From NCBI RefSeq assembly GCF_036588685.1, contig NC_086381.1, forward strand, positions 61,566,001-61,630,000: a stretch of DNA of 64,000 nucleotides, written 5' to 3'. The stretch comes from Mytilus trossulus. Its lineage: Eukaryota. Every line of letters starts with the position of its first letter. Within the stretch, counting starts at the first letter, position 1. Shown here piece by piece: positions 13,392 to 22,196 of this stretch. The translations under genes were made by a program, and so were the position numbers. The notes beneath the pieces are model-generated. The model was not told where the DNA came from and made no database searches. It was given only the letters and a program-made list of their open reading frames with translations.

Positions 13392-15089
13392 ATGACTAGA
13401 GTCCACATAAACTCTGCCACTTTTGAAGAGTTGTTATCAATTCCAGGGGTGGGGGCTAAAATTGCAGCAAAAATCTGGAAATTGAGGGAGGATAATGGGA
13501 TTCTAGAGTTGGAGGACCTACAGGAGGTCCCTTATATGAGAATCACTGAGGCAGCTCTAGAATCTATGGATTTTAGTACCTCTTTGTCACCCAACAGGTG
13601 GTCTAATAAATTTTGCAAGGAGGAGATAGGGCATCAGGAAAAGTTGCAGCGGATTGATAGCCTCATACAGGCAAGGGGTAGGGGGCAAACTGCGAATGAG
13701 TATCCCAGTCAAACAGTAGAAACACCCAGAGCCAGGGAGGCAGTGTCCACATCTCCATCCCAGCATCTCAATTTTCAAGAGGGTGGGGAACTTAACCGGG
13801 GGTTCAGGGAAAACATTGGGACGCACCAGGACCAATGGGACAGGCCCATGAGTGCTTATGGGGGTACGAGAGATTACAGGTATGAAGGGGAACACCTCGA
13901 TCTCGATATAACAATGCCGGGGATACAGGAAGGGAAAGAGGGGGTTTTCAAAACCGGTATACTGATAATGAGGGCCCAAGGCTTATAGATGCCCATATGG
14001 AGAGTGCGGCTCCAGCATAGAAGCACACCAGTAGCATGGGGTACCCCACAGGGTCAGGGGAACCTAGACGGGTATATGTGTACCAAAGAAGCTCTCATCG
14101 GGATGCATATGACCACCAGGGGAACATGGGAGGGTCAGATAACCAAAGGCAAAGGGGGTCTACGGGGGTTAGACCTCCAATCCGACAAAAGAGCCTCAGG
14201 TATATCTGTTGGGAAAACTAATTGGCAGGCTTTCTATGCCAAATTTTCCCGATTATGCCAGGTCAGTGGGTGGTCTTCAGGGGAGTGCAGGTCCCTTGAT
14301 GAGAAACCGAGTGAGTTTTATGCCTTGCTCGTGGAAAGAAGGCATGACTTGTCTTATGAGGACTTGGTGGGTAAGTTGGCCAAACAGTTTGGGTTCAATG
14401 AGTTGCCAGAAACAGCCCAAGTCCAATTTAACATTGCCAGGCAGGGTGGGGCCGAAACCTTAGAGGACTGGGCCGACAGGGTCCAATCCCTTGCCACAAA
14501 AGCCTTCTGTCACCTTCATGAGGATCATATGTACCAACAAGCCATCATGAGATTGTGTCAGGGGGCCTCAGATAAGGAGAGGGAATGTTGGCCTCCAATG
14601 CCAAACCTAAAAGTATTGATGAGGCGGTGGATAAAATTCGTTGGCATCAACATAACCACCAAGCCATATATGGCTGCAGTGCTCGAAAGGAAGTCAAAAG
14701 TGTAAGCCCGGAGACCAGAGGCAGGACAGGGGACCACTATACTGTATGTTTCACTTCAGGTCCCGTCTCCCAAAATGCTTCTCCCAAAATTCCCTCTAAA
14801 GAACATCCCCCTAAATATGTCCAGGATTTAAAGAACCAATTTCATGCCTTCAAAAGGGGGGGATGGGGGGGGGGGGGGGGGGGGGGTAAGTGGAACCCTT
14901 TGCAATATCATGTCTGAAATACAAAAGCTATCTTTTGCTGTCCGAAATAATGCTAGGCCCCCATCCAGAAGCCCCTCCCCTCGGGCTGGTAATGGTGGTT
15001 GTTTCCATTGTGGGGAGGCAGGTCACTTTAAAAGGGAATGCCCAAAGTTCCAAAGGTCTAATTATCCTAGACCTGGGGTGAAAAAGTAA
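13392..15089 (+). pseudogene. gag: gag (frameshifted) with N-terminal ComEA/HHH_3-type helix-hairpin-helix and C-terminal CCHC zinc knuckle
   Basis: N-terminus MTRVHINSATFEELLSIPGVGAKIAAKIWKLR. Capsid-like FNIARQGGAETLEDWADRVQSLA. Knuckle CFHCGEAGHFKREC at 15000-15041. Confidence 0.85.
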
Positions 15090-15590
15090 GCTTCCAGGAC
15101 AACAAGGGTCCGTTAAACTCCAACGGGTTGACTCAAGAGGTCTGAGTCTAGCCCCTAAACAACGGAGTATAAAGGACCTCGTGATAAGCCAAAAACCCTC
15201 TTACATGAATATGGAGGGTACCATCAGTCAGATAGAAATACCGGGGGGTCATTTCAGAGGAAGTAATTTTCCAACGTGTGCAGGAACGCCAATAGGAACA
15301 GTCCCATCCCAAAGAACTAGGGGTCACTAAATCATTTTCTCCCGTCCCACTAGACCAAACGTCCACAAAAGATATAGACTTAGCTCGAACAGAAAACCTA
15401 ATAGAAGGGCCTAAGAGGGAACCCATCATTGTCCTGGACATGTCTGAGTCGGGGTCACAAGACGAAGAGTCTGGGGAGGAAGGGGAACAAACACTGTGCG
15501 ATAGCTCAAACAGTGATGGGGAAGCTTAAGGGGACTTGGTGACAGAAGGGGAAAGAGAAATGATAACCATTAGACAGTAACGGGGGGACT

Positions 15591-18500
15591 ATGTATCGGG
15601 TGCCTGTGGTAGTCCAGGGTCAAAGGGTCGATGCTGTTGTGGACACAGCAGCTCAGGTTAACCTAATATCAGAGGAAACGTACAAAAGTTTAAAAGAGCC
15701 ACCTCCTATTCTTAAAGAGGTGGTGATGAACACTGCAGGGAAGGGCCTACAAATGATGGTTTTGTTGCTCGGCCTTTTTATATTAAGTTGGGGAAACAAG
15801 AATTCACATGGGACATATATGTAGCACCAATTGGGGATCAGATGCTATTGGGGATAGACTTCTTAAGGAAGCAGGGCATCTCACTTGACTTACATAGGAA
15901 TCAATTGTCCATTCACGGAGAGGTCATCCAAATGTCACTGGGTCAGGCGAGTTTATTGCCCCAAACAACTGAGGTACGGGAGGGAAAAAAATCACCCAGT
16001 CCCAGCAAATTCAGTTCAAAGAGTAATAGGGGTGTTGGCCAAACCCATGGGCCGAGAATACATCATTGAGGCAAAGGCTGAGGGCTGTCTGCTCATACCC
16101 AGAACCTTACGTGATGTGGGTCAAGATCCGGTGATGTGTCTGATAAACCTCACTGGCAGTCCCCTGGTTATCTCAAAGGGGGACTTACTTGCCTAAGCTC
16201 AGGAAGTCGACATGGGGGAACCCCCGGGCCCTAAAGTGTGCAAATTGAGGGTTGCTGGAGATGTTAATGAAAAGTCGTTGCCCCAACACTTACAAGAGAT
16301 GTTCACTAGGTCCTGTGAGGATTTGTCCAAAGGGGAGGAGGAGACCTTGTGTTCCCTGTTACAGGAATTTCAGGATGTCTTTGCTAGCAGTGACTTGGAC
16401 CTGGGCCATTTCACAGCCTTGGAACATGGCATTGACACCAGGAATCACCCCTATTAAACAGCGAATGCGGCGTACACCCTTAGGTTTTGCCCAAGAAGAG
16501 GAGGCCCATTTGGAAAAAAATGTTAGAGTCTGGGGTAATTCAGCCATCCGTATCGGAGTGGGCTTCTGCCCCAATCCTCATACGGAAGAGGGATAGTAGA
16601 GTTAGGTGGTGTGTTGACTATAGGAGGGTCAATGGGGCCTGTTCCCGCACAATCTCTGCACTCCCCTTAGCATAAGAGTGCCTAGACGCCCTAGCAGGAA
16701 ATGTGTGGTACTCCAAGTTGGATGCCAATTCAGCGTATTGGCAAGTCAAAATAAAAGAGGAGGACCGGTCAAAAACGGCCTTTATCACCAAATATGGGCT
16801 TTTTGAGTTTGCACGCATGGATTTTGGGCTATACAATGCCCCAGCTACATACGCCCGGGTTACAAGCCTTGTACTCCGGGGTTAACATGGCGGGTAGTGT
16901 TGACTTTCTTGGATGACATATTAGTCTTGCGAAGGGATTTTGGGGACCACTTGACAAACCTGAGGGTGGTATTTGAAAGGTTTAGGACGTACGGGCTCAA
17001 ACTAAAACCAAGGAAGTGCGATTTATTTTGGGAAGAAGGTAGAATTTTTAGAGAGGGTGGTAGGTCCCGAAGGGATGGAAATTGACCCGAGATATGTAAG
17101 AGATGTAAAAATCTGGCAAAAAACCCGGAACTCAAAGGAAGTTGAACGGTTTTTGGGGTTCGCAAATTATCACAGGGCCTTTATAAAAGACTATACTAAT
17201 ATAGCTTTACCCCTTCAAGCCTCAACCGGAAAACGCCCCTATTCCTGGGGAAACGAGCAACAACAGTCTTTCGACAGACTCAGGGAAGCCATGGTGCCAG
17301 CCCCTGTCCTGTCATTGCCCAATGCAACTGATCATTTTATCTTAGACACGGATGCCTCCGACAAGGCTATTGGGGCGGAATTATTGCAGGTTCAGGGGGA
17401 CAGGAACGGGCCACGTCCGATGCTAACTTTACCCTTACCCCAGAACAGCAGAAATATTGTACTATTCGAAAGGAGCTGTTAGCCATTGTCAGGTTCACTA
17501 GGCCATTCAGACATTACTTGCTTGGGCGGAGGTTTACGGTTCGAACAGATCATAGTAACCTCAATTGGTTAACCAATTTCAGAGAACCCCAGGGACAATT
17601 AGCCCGGTGGTTGGAAGAAATCAGTCAGTTAGATATGGAAATCAAACACCGGCGCCAGGGGCTAAACAACCTAATGCAGACGCTTTATCTCGATTGCCTC
17701 AATATGGACCCTGTCCTGAGTTTCAAGTAAGGTTCTAGCAGATTTGCCCTGTGGGGATGAACATACTGTGCCCCAGCTCAACAAAATTGGGGACAGTTCA
17801 CAGAAAATGTCAATAATATCATACCCTTGGCAAAGAGACCCTATGGTATTCCACAAACCAGAGACACACGAGAACCAGTGGTGCAAACATCCCGGGTGTC
17901 AGTGTCTAAGATGGGGGACGAATTAGCCATATGGTCAGAGGGGGGGGGGTGACATCTGGGTGCAGGAAGTAGGAGGGGATACAGTCTGGAGGAATTAAAA
18001 GAAAATCAAAGTAAGGGCCTGGAATTAAAATGGGTGGTTCAATGGAGGAAAACAAAAGGGTAACTCTCTGAGGAGGGAATCTTCCTTAGCGGTCCCGCCA
18101 CCAGGAACTATTGGTTAAATCGGGAATTATTTGTCCTTAATGGGGATAATATCCTGTACAAGAAAGGGTCTAACGAAGATGTAGGCAGGGTGGTTATCCT
18201 CCAAGTATCACGAAAGAAGCTTATGGAGTTGTGTCATGATATTCCTGCAGGGGGACCGAACCTATCAAAGGATCAAGTCAAGGTATTATTGGAGAGGGAT
18301 GAAGAAAGAGATTGAACAGTATTAGCAAGTTGTGCTCTGTGTAGCCAAAACAAAAAGGCTACCCGTCCAAACCGCCACCCTATGGTAAAACATCATGCCG
18401 GGGCACCAAGGGAAAGGGTTCATTTAGATTGTGTGGGGCCCCTTCCAAAAACGGAACGAGGAAATGAACATATCCTCATGATGATCGATCAGTTTACCAA

Positions 18501-19490
18501 ATGGGTGGAATGTATCCCTCTTCCCCGCCCAGGGCGCTGAATTAACAGCCCGTACAGCAGTGAAGGAATTTTTCTCCCATGTCGAGAGTCCCTTTCAAGT
18601 ATTCACTGATCAGGGGTGGAACTTTGTATCCCATCTGTTTAAAGCCATGTGTGACCTGCTTCAAATACACAAAAGTAGAACCACCCCATACCGCCAGTCC
18701 TCCAATGGTCAATTAGAGCGTTGCTATCGAACACTGATGGCTTCAGTGCGATGCTTTGTTGGGAAAAAATCAAAAGTCCTGGGATCTTTTCCTTCCGCAA
18801 TTGGCTGGTGCGTTCCGTGCGTCAGTCAGTAAAAGCACCGGGTTTACTCCTTATCATCACATGTTGGGCAGATATGTCAATCAGCTTGCTGAGTTGATGG
18901 TCAGGGGGCCACAGGGGGAGGGAATTCAGGATAAAGAAAAATATGTATCGGACCTAGATGAAGCCATCCAAGGGGCACATGAGCTGGCCAGGGCCAATCT
19001 ACAAACGGCACAAGAACGCATCAAAAGGCATTACGATCTCAAGGTGGTAGTCAAAAGGTTTAAAGTGGGGGATCTAGTGTATCAATTGGATACGGCCCCC
19101 ATCAAGGGAAAATGTCGAAAATTGACACCAGCCTGGAAGGGCCCCAGGGTGGTGGTGGAAAGTCTCACTCCATACCTTTACAGGGTCAAAATGAAAACAG
19201 CAATGGTAGTGACCCATCATGACCGGATTAAGTTTTGTAAGGATAGGGAAGTCCCAAATTGGTGCAAAAAAACCTTCAAGCCCAAGTAATAAGTAAAAAT
19301 TGGAAAGAAAAAGAGGAGTTGGAACCCAAGGGAAAAAAAGGGAAAATACATTTTTTTTATCATGCCGGGGATGATGAGGGTCTCATGATCAGATGTGACG
19401 AGTGCAGGGAATGGTTCCATGGACGATGTGTGAACATCACTCCTAGGGAGGCTGACATGATGGACGCTTATCAGTATCTGGGATGTTCGG
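15591..19490 (+). pseudogene. pol: pol (frameshifted): aspartic protease, RT, RNase H, integrase with GPY/F-like tail and degenerate C-terminal PHD finger
   Basis: AVVDTAAQV (15642); SEWASAPILIRK..VRWCVDYR; KTAFITKYGLFEF; FLDDILV (16906); FILDTDASDKAIGAEL; HLDCVGPLPKTERGN..IDQFTKW; FTDQG; SNGQLER; AWKGP; MIRCDECREWFHGRCV. Confidence 0.9.
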
Positions 19491-19549
19491 TCTCCACAGG
19501 AGTGCACGTGTCTAGGATCTCCCTGCACTCTAAGGTAAAAAAAATTCAG

Positions 19550-21605
19550 ATGAACAATAAACAGAACAAGCAGGACAAGACCCCAGGAGATGAAAACCAG
19601 CCATCCTCTCCAATGCAGTCCTCCGTCACGGAAATGGTGGAGGAACTGGTGGTTTGTGTACCAGAGGAGGAGCTGAGGCAGCTAGACCCTGAGGTACAGG
19701 GGAACCCAGGGGCTTCGTTAGAGGTAGGTAGGTGTCAGAAGGGGGGGTTTGAGGGCGCCACTGAGGATGAGGCGAAGGGGGAAGTGAAGAGCAAGAAGAA
19801 GAGAAAGAAGTCCAAGCCAAATAAAAGGAGTAGAGCTGCCAAAAAGAAGGCCATGGCAGCGGCCTCACCTCTCCAGACAACCTCACCTCAGGGGGTCCAG
19901 GGAATGGCTCAGGGTCAGGAGAGGTGTCGGGACCAGTCTGGCTCCCCAGCTCCCTGTGAGGTGGCAAGACCTCACTATGGAGTGCAGGGTGGATCAGTTG
20001 GCACTGGACTGTCTTGTCCAGTGTCTGGCTGTGAAGCCCGGGGACCAGGCCTGGAAGGGCACATCCTAGCGGAGCACGTGGCCGAGGTGTTCCGGGACCT
20101 GGGAGTTTCCGACCCAGGGTTAGCCCGGGTGCGCCTCACGTCGTTGAGCACACTCTTCAGGGCCCTAGGGGGGGCTGCTGTGGGGGACCCCATCCATTGG
20201 GTGATAAGCCAACTGGAGACTTTAGGATTGACTCCAGAGGACTTGAGCGCTGAGTGGGGAGCCATGGCAACAGTGTGCCAATTGGCGCAGTGGGAGGTTC
20301 CGCCAACCTTCACGCTGTCGCCAATCAACTCGCCTGCAGTCCTCGTGTTGGAGTTGATGGCTCTGTTACAGGGGCATCAACGTCACGCCTTTCTGGGAAA
20401 AGTCAACCTCAGCTCCAGTGAGCCTTCCCGGGCGAGCTCCTCTATTGAGCAGGGGAGTCCACCAGCCAAGGCAGGAGTTTTCAGAAGGCTGGGGGCCCCG
20501 GTTTGCACACAGGGACTCACAGGCCCTTGGGGCAGGTTGGGGTGTTCAGTTCCACATGACCCTCTCCAAGGTCCATTCCCTCCCTCATGTCCCTCCCTCA
20601 TGTCCCTCCCTACCCGGCCTGTACCCTCCCTCATGTCTCTCCCGTGTCCCAGTCCAAGCAGGTCACTTCCGGGTCTAGGGTCACGAGGCTCATCCTCGTC
20701 TGTGGGGGCACAGGGATCAAAGCATCGGGGGAATCCCTCAGGGAGTAGGGGAGTGGAGTCCCAATTGTGCAGGGACCTTCCAGAGGCATTCGACAGTCAC
20801 ATGCATCTGGATAGGTCGCTGAGCAAGATGGGGCTGCCTTCCCGGACATCTTTGGGTGATTTTCCTAGGGTGCGGTTGGACCCTGCCCCTTTGGACCCAG
20901 TCAAGCTGGCTGGAGGGGTTTCAGTTTTCTGTGACCCGAATACTTGGCCCCAGGTACCTTTGAGGCTGGAACCGGGGTGGGTCGGGGCAGAGGGGGATCC
21001 ACCCCAAGTGCTGGGTAGTTTGAGGACGCCACTCAGCACCGGTTCCACCAACTGGTGTCTCATCCGAGTGTGTCCGCCCTTGAAGAGGTGGGAGTGGACT
21101 TCATCGTGGAGGATAAATTGCACGCCCGTCAAATCTCTACCTTGCGATGGGCACTCCAGTCTTGTCGTTTTGACCAGCCTGTGGTCCTGCACATTCGAGA
21201 TGACAGACTGGATAGGGTTCACGCCCGGGCCTATCGTGATGTTTTGGGAGTCCTGAAGAGCGTGGCAGTGACCCCCCTACAGTTGATCCATCTCCATTGC
21301 TTCCAGGGGGGATGACTCAGATGCGGGAGTGGCAGGACTCGTACTGCAATGCGTACTTCGGGTTTGGGATGGGTGTCAGGTCCTTCAACTCCAAGCAGAA
21401 GGATGTCTTAAGGTCGGTACCTCCCTACAGGATCCTCTTGGAGAGTGATGCCCCTTACTTTTTCCCGCCAAATGCACGGCATGGCCACCCTCATTACCTG
21501 TATGAGGTGGCAAAGGTGGTGGGAACAGTGAGGGCAACCTCACCAAGGGAAATTGTACGGGTGGCCCACCTCAATGGAAGCCGTCTGTACGGAGTTAACC
21601 CGTAG
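19550..21605 (+). pseudogene. Third (env-position) ORF: basic/NLS-like segment, C2H2-like finger, Pro/Ser-rich linker and TatD DNase domain
   Basis: KSKKKRKKSKPNKRSRAAKKK; CPVSGC-x9-H-x4-H; then TatD motifs across frameshifts. The ATG at 19550 is the inferred start, although the ORF track reads through from the PHD region. Confidence 0.75.
20789..21605 (+). pseudogene. tatD: TatD-family metal-dependent nuclease domain (about 3 frameshifts)
   Basis: FDSHMHLD (HxH); GIHPK (restored by removing one G of the 20992-20996 run); LEEVGVDF; PVVLHIRD; IHLHCFQG; YFGFG; RILLESDAPYF; HPHYLYEVAKVV. Order and spacing match the TatD TIM barrel. Confidence 0.9.
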
Positions 21606-22196
21606 GTGGGCAACTCACATGTAAATAGCGACATAAGGGCCCGCGTCGCCAGGTAAACTAAATTTGCTACAGTAAAACTAGCGATGAACGTCCTTAAAGC
21701 TTCAAATACAATACAGTTATCTCGTAAAGGTAATACAAAAGTGGATAAGACTCCTATATGTGAATGTTACATTGGTGAGTATTCTACGTGCGCTACGACA
21801 CATTTATTTGATTGTATCAGAAATTAAATTAAAACTCCAAACAGATATAGAAAAAATCGATTCAGGTGGAATGAGTCTTACGCTTGAATTAAACAATTCG
21901 GAAGATATGTAAGCACAATCGTCTTGCAAACATTTGGAATTAAATACCCTATACACAAGTATTCCTCATTTAAATGTCACCTAAAATTTACATTCACCGC
22001 TTCTGATTAATACACATTAGAGGAATACAAAATAACAAATTTCGCTATCCTATAAACATTGGAAATTAGTATGTGTGTCCTACAAATGTAGTTTCAGTTT
22101 CACCTATAATTCTTAATTTAGATTTGATTTCACTATGAATTGCGGACGGAATAGAAAACAGTTGCAAATGACAGTTGAATGACATTAAATAAACTG

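Larger units (their letters stand above)
12239..21605 (+). mobile_element. Decayed Ty3/Gypsy LTR retrotransposon with HhH-Gag, PR-RT-RH-IN-PHD Pol and a TatD-containing third ORF; no 3' LTR found
   Basis: GC-richer island with a PBS, CCHC knuckle, DTA protease, FLDD RT, DTDASD RNase H and D-D-E integrase, in Gypsy order. Many frameshifts and stops. The left boundary is approximate. Confidence 0.9.

Noticed and set aside
14856-14886. Poly-G run giving GGGGGG peptides (similar runs at 50705, 53266, 61689, 61923)
   Set aside because: Homopolymer expansion or sequencing artefact, not a coding motif.
19626-21222. Several antisense ORFs over the GC-rich third ORF
   Set aside because: Shadow frames expected from high GC; no recognisable motifs.
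20789-21605. Bacterial contamination as the source of tatD and the ComEA-like HhH
   Set aside because: Both are collinear with, and as decayed as, the retrotransposon ORFs, with no operon context, and are flanked by host repeats.
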